DNA of 64,000 bases, from NCBI GenBank assembly GCA_943788985.1, contig CALSSJ010000044.1, positions 11,845 to 75,844 on the forward strand. Direction: 5' to 3'. The stretch comes from an uncultured Lentisphaerales bacterium. GTDB taxonomy: Bacteria; Verrucomicrobiota; Lentisphaeria; JABSQK01; UBA12247. A program made the position numbers and the translations under genes. The first letter of the stretch is position 1; each line of letters begins with the position of its first letter. Shown one piece after another: positions 9,864 through 17,562 of the stretch. The notes beneath the pieces are model-generated. The model was not told the origin of the DNA. It made no database searches and saw only the letters and a program-made list of their open reading frames with translations.

Positions 9864-11591
9864 ATGGCTTTAACGGGAAGTCGCACCAGTTTCCCCTCGA
9901 CAGAACAGGCGCGCGCTTCGCGTGCGGGAAACGTCGCCGCCCTTACTGGCGAGAGACCTGCGCTGCAGACCTATGCGCTGGCTGCGGCTGCTGGACTATT
10001 GCTCGCCGCTGCGTTCCCCCCGTTGAAGCTTTGGCCGCTGGCCTTTGTCGCCCTAGTCCCGCTGCCCTTGCTGAGTCGCAGGCCTGGACGCAGCCCGTTT
10101 CTCGTGGGCTACTGCTTCGGCTTCACCTTTTGGCTCGCGGGCCTAGCGTTTCTACGAGAAGTGTCCTGGCTCGCTCCCATTGCCCTGGCCCCCATCATGG
10201 CCCTTTGCCAAGGCGCGTGGGTCAGTGCGGTCTGCTTGATCCTATCCTCCCTGGAACGAAAACGCGGCGAGGATCTGGCCTCACTGCACCAGGCTCATGC
10301 CACCTACCCGGACGCATTGACCGCTGGGCGCCAAGGCTTGTTCGCTCTGTGCGGCGCGGCCTGCTGGCTCTTACTGGAGTGGGTACGCAGCTGGATTGCG
10401 ACGGGCTTTCCTTGGAATCAGCTCGGCGGGGTGCTGTGGGAACAGCCCCGCCTGATTCAATCCTGCAGCTACCTCGGGGTACACGGACTGAGCTTCGCGA
10501 TCTGCGTGGTAAATCTCGCGCTATTTCTGCTGCTGCGGCGTACGCCCGCCGCCTTCTCCTGCACGCCTCCATCCTACGCCGTAATCGGCGGGGCGATTGC
10601 GATCTCCGCAACGATTCTACTCCTACCGGGATCGGCACCGCCGCCCTCCCATACCGACCTAAAAGAGATTGCCCTCGTGCAGGGCAACCTACCACAGATT
10701 CGAAACTACGAGAACGATGAACTGGCGAACGCAATCCAGATCTATGAGAACCTAACGCGCGAGTTGCTGCAGGCTCAGGATCCCCCGTCTTTGATCGTCT
10801 GGCCCGAGACGGCTATCCCGGCCCCATTGGTCTTCGACAACGACTGCCGCGCTGCACTGGGCCGACTATTTGCCCTGAACACGGAGAGCTGGCTGTTGGC
10901 GGGCACCATCCACTACCGCTTCCCTCCTCCCGGCCTAAAAGCCCCCCCGGACATGACTAATAGCGCCATCATCTTCACCCCGGACGGGCTCTTGGAGCAG
11001 GTCTATGATAAGATCAAGATCGTGCCATTTGGAGAGTTTACGCCATTCGAAGACCAGCTACCTTGGCTGGTGGAACTGATCGGCATGGGACGCAGTCTGT
11101 TGCCCGGCAGAGAATACACGCTGTTTGAGCACGAGGAGGCACGCTTTGGCGTGAACATCTGCTACGAGGACATCTTCCCGCAGGTCAGTGCGAACTTCGC
11201 AAAGCAAGGCGCAGAATTCCTAATGGTGATCACCAACGATGCCTGGTACGGCACGACCAGCGGCCCCGAGCAACACCTGTCACACGCGGTATTTCGGGCC
11301 GTAGAAACAGGACTGCCGCTGCTGCGTAGCGGCAACAACAGTGACAGCTGCCTGATTCTCCCGGACGGCACCGTCACAGAGCGCCTGATCCGAGATGGGC
11401 AGCGCTTTGTGCGTGGCACGCAACGCTATCAAGTGCCGCTGGTTCGCCGCGAGCAGCTCACTCACTACGTCCGCTACGGGCCGTGGTTCCTGCATGCCAT
11501 GGCCTTTCTCGGTGGCCTGAGCATTGCCGTTTGCGCAGTTCGCAAGCTGTCTTCGAACCTAACTCTCATTGAGCGAGTCGAAGCAGCCTAG
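9864..11591 (+). CDS. lnt: Apolipoprotein N-acyltransferase
   Basis: 575 aa. A multi-TM N-terminal region is followed by a CN-hydrolase domain with VWPETAIP, NICYEDIFP and ITNDAWYG. Confidence 0.9.
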   Translation: MALTGSRTSFPSTEQARASRAGNVAALTGERPALQTYALAAAAGLLLAAAFPPLKLWPLAFVALVPLPLLSRRPGRSPFLVGYCFGFTFWLAGLAFLREVSWLAPIALAPIMALCQGAWVSAVCLILSSLERKRGEDLASLHQAHATYPDALTAGRQGLFALCGAACWLLLEWVRSWIATGFPWNQLGGVLWEQPRLIQSCSYLGVHGLSFAICVVNLALFLLLRRTPAAFSCTPPSYAVIGGAIAISATILLLPGSAPPPSHTDLKEIALVQGNLPQIRNYENDELANAIQIYENLTRELLQAQDPPSLIVWPETAIPAPLVFDNDCRAALGRLFALNTESWLLAGTIHYRFPPPGLKAPPDMTNSAIIFTPDGLLEQVYDKIKIVPFGEFTPFEDQLPWLVELIGMGRSLLPGREYTLFEHEEARFGVNICYEDIFPQVSANFAKQGAEFLMVITNDAWYGTTSGPEQHLSHAVFRAVETGLPLLRSGNNSDSCLILPDGTVTERLIRDGQRFVRGTQRYQVPLVRREQLTHYVRYGPWFLHAMAFLGGLSIAVCAVRKLSSNLTLIERVEAA

Positions 11592-11668
11592 CTAGTGTGG
11601 CGAATCGGAGAGGACCGCACTTTTAGCCAAGCACGGCAGTGCTGTTCCTCCCGAGTCTAGGAAGGAAG

Positions 11669-11965
11669 ATGATGGTCGGAAAAATCCTCCCTGTCCTGGC
11701 TTGAATCGCCCTCTGCATTCCTGTAGTGATGGCAATCCCTCGCCCGCCAAAGGCGATTAACTATGCCATTCACCATCTTAGCGCCGTATGCTATTCGGCC
11801 TATCTCGGCCACAGTTTCTTCGTTTTGGGCATTCAGCACGGATACATCCCGGTGCCGCGCAATGCCATTGGGGTTTTGCTCTATGTGCTGCTAGTGATCC
11901 TCTCTGCAACGCTACTCTACCGGCTCTACGAAAAAACAATGACCGACCTGCGCGACGGCCGTTGA
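11669..11965 (+). pseudogene. 3' relic of an acyltransferase-3 family membrane protein with an in-frame TGA
   Basis: The frame reads MMVGKILPVLA*IALCIPVV...HHLSAVCYSAYLGHSF...LLYRLYEKTMTDLR. The SxxYLxH and YxxxEKP-like tail resembles acyltransferase_3 C-termini. The stop at 11702-11704 sits where a Trp would fit a TM helix. No N-terminal 250+ aa is present. Confidence 0.4.
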
Positions 11966-11974
11966 ATTCGCAGC

Positions 11975-12262
11975 ATACCGCCCCACTGATTATGCCGGCG
12001 AGACGCTCGCAGTCCCAGCAGATGAGCGGGCGACGACGTCTAGCCAGGGCTGTTGGTTGCGGGGTTGCCCCCGGCGGGACAATAATAGGGATCTACGATT
12101 TCGAAGCCTGCAGCTATAAGTAGACCGGCGTAATGCCGCCAAACTTGAGCGTGGCCAAGAGCTCCTAGAGGACGTGGGGGAGGTCTGCTGGCGGTACGTG
12201 GAACAACGAGGCGTTGGCAAAGACGCCGTCGAAATGCGCGGGCGGTAGGCCCTAAGCTCGAC
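11975..12262 (-). pseudogene. C-terminal relic of a class I SAM-dependent methyltransferase
   Basis: The minus-strand frame reads LPPAHFDGVFANASLFHVPPADLPHVL*ELLATLKFGGITPVYL*..., continuing after a frame change as GFEIVDPYYCPAGGNP. It has in-frame TAG stops, and the SAM-binding N-terminus is absent. Confidence 0.45.
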
Positions 12263-12268
12263 AGGCTG

Positions 12269-13252
12269 CTAGCGCGTGCGTAGCCAGCGGTCGATCGCCT
12301 TCCAGTTATGGTTCCCGAATCGCTTGTGCACTTTACGGAAACCGCCGCCGTATATCGGATCCGGGCTCTTGTCGATGGTGATGTAATCCTGCATCCAGCC
12401 CTGCTTGCGGCAATACATGGCAGCGGTATACTGGCAAAGCCCTTCCTCCAAGTCTCGCGGCAGGTCCGCGATAGGACGGTAGGTCTCCGAAATCAGATCG
12501 TGAGTTAACTCGTGAATGGCCGTGATAAGAAACTGATCGGGAGTTAGCCCTGACAGGATGAAGATGGTCTCGCTGACTTCTGTGTCCGCAGAGACCACGC
12601 GCCCGGCAAAGGAACGCGTCTCGGTGCGCTCGTTGCGCCGGTAGAAGCCGCGGGCCGTCATCTGATCGGGCATGTGGCCCTGCTCCCCCATCACCCGCAG
12701 CAAACTCGGGCGGTCCACCAGTTTGAGCTTTGGCAAGGAGGCTGAGACGATCCCGGTCACGGCCTTAAGCTGTGCACGTGCCTGACGAAGCCGAGCCAGG
12801 CCGTTCGCGGGGTCGAAAATTGCGGACTTTGCGCAGGTGGCACATTGCTTGCGCCCGTCTTTTAGCAGCTTCCCCGCGTCGAATGGCAGTCCACAGCCGA
12901 AGCAGCGATGCCCGTCTGCGTGCGCCTTGCAGTACTTCTTGCCATTGATGGTGAACATCTGGCGTAACGGCTGGGCGCAGAGCGTGCATTTCGGCAGCGA
13001 AATATTCAGACACTTCTTGCCGCAATAGGACTTGCCCTCGGATATCACAAAGCTTCCAGACACATGCTCCTTGCAGCTGGCGCAGGTGGGCAAGGTCCGG
13101 CGATGACACGATTTCGAACAGAAGGATTTACCTTCGGCCGTGAGGTAACTGCCGGAAAGCGCGTTCTTGCAGACGCTGCAACGCGCGGCTTCTGCGGAAA
13201 TCGCGAAGGATACCAGCAGGAGTATGACAGAGAAATATCTCGAATTGGGCAC
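12269..13252 (-). CDS. Secreted LIM-type zinc-finger + DA1-like (HExxH) peptidase protein
   Basis: Signal peptide, then about 5 CxxC...C/H zinc modules (CSVCKNAL..FCSKSCH; CASCKEHV..YCGKKC; CTLCAQPL..YCKAHADGHRCFGCGLPF; CATC). The C-terminal part IFILSGLTPDQFLITAIHELTHDL...EEGLCQY...DPIYGGGFRKV aligns with the plant DA1 peptidase core (ILILYGLP...HEMMHAWL...EEGICQV...YGxGFR). Confidence 0.7.
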   Translation of the reverse strand: MPNSRYFSVILLLVSFAISAEAARCSVCKNALSGSYLTAEGKSFCSKSCHRRTLPTCASCKEHVSGSFVISEGKSYCGKKCLNISLPKCTLCAQPLRQMFTINGKKYCKAHADGHRCFGCGLPFDAGKLLKDGRKQCATCAKSAIFDPANGLARLRQARAQLKAVTGIVSASLPKLKLVDRPSLLRVMGEQGHMPDQMTARGFYRRNERTETRSFAGRVVSADTEVSETIFILSGLTPDQFLITAIHELTHDLISETYRPIADLPRDLEEGLCQYTAAMYCRKQGWMQDYITIDKSPDPIYGGGFRKVHKRFGNHNWKAIDRWLRTR

Positions 13253-13350
13253 GTAAAATCCTCAAGAAGTCCCTGTAGTAGCTGATATTTCCGTTTGGTG
13301 ACCTAGCTTACCCCCGAACGTCGGATGCACCACAGCGGGGAAGGGCTGAT

Positions 13351-14502
13351 ATGTCAATGACCAAGTTTCAGCAAGATGCCGAGGGCATGACGCTAGCGGT
13401 GGCTTGTGGTGGAACCGGCGGGCATTTCTTTCCGGGCCTAGCGATCGCGCGAGAGTTTAAGCGCAAGGGGGGGACAGCGATCCTTTTTGTCGGCGGTAGC
13501 CAACAGGACGCTCAGATCAAGCAGGCCGAGGAAGAGGCCCTGGAGGCCGTTCCTTCTCCGGTTGTGCGTCTACCGCGGTCCAAGCTGGGATTGCCCTTAT
13601 TTGCTGTACGTCTGGCTTGGTGCGTGTTGCAGACCGCCCGCCTGCTGGGCAAGCATGGCGTGGACTTGGGCATCGTCATGGGCAGCTATGCGTCTGCACC
13701 ATTGGGACTGGCACTTCTGCTACGTGGCAAGCCACTGGCGGTACACGAGGGCAACGCCATTCTTGGCCGGGCGAATCGTCGGCTGGCGAAGTACGCAGCC
13801 CACACCATGCTCTCGCTTCCTATTCCAGAGTTGCTATGCGAGGACGATACGACCTTGGTAGGCATGCCCGTACGGACGGAGATCCTGGGGGCAGCAGATC
13901 ACGAACTTGAAGACGAGGAGTCGCTGAGTCGCTACGAGGCGCTCGGGCTATCTCCAGACTTCCCGGTGGTTCTGGTATTTGGCGGCAGCCAGGGCGCGGA
14001 GGCGATTAACCAGGCCGTGCTGGGAGCAATCCCCAGGCTGGACTTCCCACCCCTGCAACTGGTGCACTTCACAGGAAAGGAGGATAATCGCGAGGAGCAG
14101 GAACTGTGTGAGAAACATGAGATCATGGCCCAAATCGCAGCGCGAACGGACCAGATGGGTGCGTATCTGGCAGTGGCAGATTTGGTCGTATCTCGGGCTG
14201 GCGGATCGACAGTTGCCGAGCTCGCGGTTACTGGACGGCCATCCATCCTAATTCCCTATCCGCACGCGACGGATGCACACCAGGCCCTGAACGCGGAGGT
14301 TGTCGCGCGTGCCAAAGGCGGGCATGTGATTGCCGAAGCGGACCTGACCTCCGACGCCCTGCGCGAGGCGATCACCGCCGCGCTCACCGACCCTGAGTTG
14401 CGGAGATCGCAACGCGAGGGTATTCTGACCTTGGCACATCCCCGTGCGGCCGAGGACATCGTAAGCTTGCTGATTTACGAGCAACGCAAGACCTCGAACT
14501 AG
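13351..14502 (+). CDS. murG: Undecaprenyldiphospho-muramoylpentapeptide beta-N-acetylglucosaminyltransferase
   Basis: Shows GGTGGHFFPGLAIA, VLVFGGSQGAEAIN and SRAGGSTVAELAVTGRPSILIPYP, all characteristic MurG motifs. Confidence 0.9.
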   Translation: MSMTKFQQDAEGMTLAVACGGTGGHFFPGLAIAREFKRKGGTAILFVGGSQQDAQIKQAEEEALEAVPSPVVRLPRSKLGLPLFAVRLAWCVLQTARLLGKHGVDLGIVMGSYASAPLGLALLLRGKPLAVHEGNAILGRANRRLAKYAAHTMLSLPIPELLCEDDTTLVGMPVRTEILGAADHELEDEESLSRYEALGLSPDFPVVLVFGGSQGAEAINQAVLGAIPRLDFPPLQLVHFTGKEDNREEQELCEKHEIMAQIAARTDQMGAYLAVADLVVSRAGGSTVAELAVTGRPSILIPYPHATDAHQALNAEVVARAKGGHVIAEADLTSDALREAITAALTDPELRRSQREGILTLAHPRAAEDIVSLLIYEQRKTSN

Positions 14503-14527
14503 CACAGCATCCCAATGAGGCCCTTGT

Positions 14528-15553
14528 TTGAAGCCGGCTTTCCTGACACTTCTGCTCGCCATTTCCGTAGTTGCGAACGAGTTTCGTCCCACCGACGCCG
14601 CGATCGACCGAGGGCTGGCTTGGCTGGCGACTGCCCAAGCAAAGAACGGGGCGTTTGCGCACAGCGATCAAGCGAAGCCGGCCAACGCCTATACCGGGCT
14701 CGCCGTCTTGGCGTTTTTGTCCAGCGGTCACCTCCCGGGGCGTAGCGCATACAGTGACACGGTGACGCTAGCAGTGAATCAACTGCTGAAACAATCCCAA
14801 GCCCATCAGGGCTACCTAGGGGCGGACGGAGGCAGAATGTACGGGCACGCGATCGCGACACTGGCTCTTTCACAGGCCTATGGCCAGATGCCAGACACGC
14901 AGACCAATTTACGGATTCAGCAGAGCCTCACGCAAGCAACGGCAATTATGGTGGCCGCGCAGAACCCAAAAGGTCCTCGAGCAGGTGGCTGGCACTATGA
15001 ACGCAAGCCCAAGGATGCAGACCTTTCGGTAAGCTGCTGGCAGATGCTGGCGCTGCGCGCCGTCCGTCAGTGCCAGATCTCGGTTCCCCAGGACTGCCTG
15101 GACCAAGGTGCTGCGTTCATCTGGCGATGTCATTCGGCAAAAATTCCGGGGTTCTCCTATCGCCCCGAAGACCAGCGCAAAATCGGCGCTATGCGTGCAG
15201 CCGGGATCGCGACTCTATCGCTCGCACAACCGCCTCAGGGCGACCGCGTGGCCGAACTTGCGAAGTCCGCAGAGTTTTTGGGCTCCCCGCCGCCCAAGCA
15301 CGGGCAGTATTACTACTATGAACTATTCTATCGCACACATGCGGCCGTACTCTACGGCGGCGATGCACTGCACTCTCTTCCGGGTATACACAGCGCCTTG
15401 TTAGGACTGCAGCGAAAGAATGGGGCATTTGCCCAGCACAGCGGCTTCGATGGCGGTGTATATTCCACGGCTTTCGCCATCCTTGCACTCAGCGCAGACT
15501 ATCAGCTACTGCCTGCATTCTCCCCTCGTCGTACCGGAAGCTCGCCCTCATGA
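14528..15553 (+). CDS. Secreted prenyltransferase / squalene-oxidase repeat protein
   Basis: TTG start with signal peptide MKPAFLTLLLAISVVA. Repeated alpha/alpha-toroid motifs (GLAWLATAQAKNGAF, GGWHYE, DLSVSCWQMLALRA, LQRKNGAFAQ) match the family common in PVC bacteria. Confidence 0.65.
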   Translation: MKPAFLTLLLAISVVANEFRPTDAAIDRGLAWLATAQAKNGAFAHSDQAKPANAYTGLAVLAFLSSGHLPGRSAYSDTVTLAVNQLLKQSQAHQGYLGADGGRMYGHAIATLALSQAYGQMPDTQTNLRIQQSLTQATAIMVAAQNPKGPRAGGWHYERKPKDADLSVSCWQMLALRAVRQCQISVPQDCLDQGAAFIWRCHSAKIPGFSYRPEDQRKIGAMRAAGIATLSLAQPPQGDRVAELAKSAEFLGSPPPKHGQYYYYELFYRTHAAVLYGGDALHSLPGIHSALLGLQRKNGAFAQHSGFDGGVYSTAFAILALSADYQLLPAFSPRRTGSSPS

Positions 15554-16143
15554 CCTTTTCTAAAGTATGCCTCCTTGGCCTTGCCCTTTTCGCCGTGCTG
15601 TTCATTATTTTCGGACTCACCTTGCCCAGGGAGTACTCCGTGGAGCGAGAGATAACCGTCACTGCGCCCAAACATACAGTGCAGGACTTGGTAAGCGATC
15701 TGGCCCGTTGGCCGGAGTGGACCCCATGGCAGGAGGCAGACCCGACGTTGAAGGTGACCACCAGTGAACAGACCCGGGGCGTAGGCGCAACCCAGAGCTG
15801 GAAGGGCGAGAAAGGTGCGGGTCGGCTTGAGATCACGGCAGACAATGATGACGGCATCGCCTATGAAACGTGGTTTGACAATGGAAAACTTGCTTGCAAG
15901 TCCACTATTTCTTACAAGGTTGCGGACTCCGCAACCGTGGTGATCTGGCGATTGCACGGTGTGTCGGACCTCCCGGTCGTGGGTGGCTACCTCTCGGCAG
16001 CCGTGGACGGGATGGTCGGGCCGATGTTTGAGCACGGCCTTGGCAAACTCAAGGCATTGGCCGAGGAGCCAACCGCCGGCCCCGCTGCGGCTGGAGAGAC
16101 CGCTGCCCCGGAGCCCGCTGCCAGCGAGAACAACAGTCCATGA
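15550..16143 (+). CDS. Membrane-anchored SRPBCC (START/polyketide-cyclase-like) family protein
   Basis: ATGA overlap with the upstream gene. N-terminal TM, then [13 protein letters not shown] and a beta-rich core typical of SRPBCC. Pro/Ala-rich tail. Confidence 0.6.
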   Translation: MTFSKVCLLGLALFAVLFIIFGLTLPREYSVEREITVTAPKHTVQDLVSDLARWPEWTPWQEADPTLKVTTSEQTRGVGATQSWKGEKGAGRLEITADNDDGIAYETWFDNGKLACKSTISYKVADSATVVIWRLHGVSDLPVVGGYLSAAVDGMVGPMFEHGLGKLKALAEEPTAGPAAAGETAAPEPAASENNSP

Positions 16144-17069
16144 GCAAGTTTGCGGGGATCGCACAGAGCGCTTGCATGCAGCGCTTGCTTGAGCAGGCCG
16201 TGCAAATCAGCAAGCTTCCTCGGCCGGTCCTGATTCGCGGTGAACGCGGAGCCGGCAAGGAGCTGCTAGCGCGCTTTCTGCACGACTGCAGCGCTCGCGC
16301 CCAAGCTCCGTTCGTGGCCGTGAACTGCGCGGCTTTTACAGATGAACTGATGGATGCCGAGTTGTTTGGCCATGAGGCTGGCGGCTTTACCGGAGCGACA
16401 GATACGCGTCTGGGAAAGCTGGAGCTCGCCCACAGCGGATCTCTTTTTCTCGATGAGATCGGCAACATGTCCCCACGCCTGCAGGACCGGATCCTACGGG
16501 TCATCGAGTACCAGTCGTTCCAGCGCGTCCGAGGAAACCAGACCGTTCAGGTAGATGTTCGAATTATTTCTGCGACGAACGCAGATCTCGAGTCTCTGAT
16601 GCATGATGGCCTGTTTCGACCAGACCTTTACGACCGGCTCACCTTTGCCGAGCTGTACCTACCCGCCCTGCGCACGAGGCGCTCGGACATCCCGCATTTG
16701 GTCGTAGACTTTGTTCAGGCATTACATCGCGAGATTCCCAACCTCCCACCACGCACATTCACGCGGGAGACTATGGAGGCGTTAATGAGCTATCATTGGC
16801 CTGGAAACATCCGTGAGCTGAAGAATGTCGTCGAGAGACTGTTTGTCTCCGGCAGCTCCGAGAAGATTGTACCGCCCGATCTCCCTTCCGAGATCGCCGG
16901 TGCCCCGCCAATCGTCGGCGACGGTTTCCACCAACAGGTCGAAGCATTAAGACGCGAGCTGATCCTGCGCGCGCTTCGCCAAACGAATGGAAACCAGCGC
17001 GCCGCAGCAGCTGCGCTGGACATGTCCTACCACCAGTTTCGGCACTACTATCGGAAGTATCAAAGCTGA
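16140..17069 (+). CDS. Sigma-54-dependent transcriptional activator, PspF-like (AAA+ plus HTH only, no sensory domain)
   Basis: Walker [15 protein letters not shown] (a GAFTGA variant), Walker [31 protein letters not shown], and a C-terminal Fis-type HTH ([12 protein letters not shown]). It begins directly with the AAA+ core. Confidence 0.88.
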   Translation: MSKFAGIAQSACMQRLLEQAVQISKLPRPVLIRGERGAGKELLARFLHDCSARAQAPFVAVNCAAFTDELMDAELFGHEAGGFTGATDTRLGKLELAHSGSLFLDEIGNMSPRLQDRILRVIEYQSFQRVRGNQTVQVDVRIISATNADLESLMHDGLFRPDLYDRLTFAELYLPALRTRRSDIPHLVVDFVQALHREIPNLPPRTFTRETMEALMSYHWPGNIRELKNVVERLFVSGSSEKIVPPDLPSEIAGAPPIVGDGFHQQVEALRRELILRALRQTNGNQRAAAAALDMSYHQFRHYYRKYQS

Positions 17070-17084
17070 CCCGGCCAAGCGCGA

Positions 17085-17535
17085 TCAATGAGCCATCAGA
17101 ATCTCTGCGAGTTCGTCAACATCTGATGTTTGATACAGCTGCTGACGGAGCGAATTATTGCGCATCAGCCAACTGATTCTGGCCACGACCTGCAGGTACA
17201 GCGCAGGCGGGCGGACAGGTGCCGCAATCAAGAATACAAAATGCACGCGGGCGTTGTCAGGGGCGAGAAAGTCAATTCCAACACGGCTGCGCCCCCACAC
17301 AGAGACACAGATCACTCAGCCCCACAGGCCTCGCATGGGGAATGGCAACGCCCATCCCTAAGCCGGTGCTGTCTTCTTCCTCCCGCTGCAACACAGCCTC
17401 GAGAAAGTCCGCTGGCACAGCTAATAATGGGGACTGGGCCAGCGGTTGAAACAGCTCTCGAATTGCGTCGGCCGGTGTCTCGGCGGCTAGCTCAAGAACG
17501 CGCTCACGAGCAATATATTCGGCGATGTTACGCAC
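17085..17535 (-). pseudogene. Second PTS EIIA type-2 (PtsN-like) gene, frameshifted near 17316-17330
   Basis: ORF 17272..17535 ends ...GMGVAIPHARPVGLSDLCLCV. ORF 17085..17315 continues in the +1 frame as ICVSVWGRSRVGIDFLAPDNARVHFVFLIAAP. Together they make a complete EIIA-2 domain. Confidence 0.7.
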
Positions 17536-17562
17536 GTGCCGACAAAGTCGCTCCCATCGCTG

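Noticed and set aside
14432-14447. Sigma-54-like TGGCAC...GTGC motif. A similar TGGCACGCGCTCGCC occurs at 48432-48446.
   Set aside because: The GG-to-GC spacing is off by one in both (13 and 11 instead of 12). The first is inside murG, and the -12 element of the second is poor.
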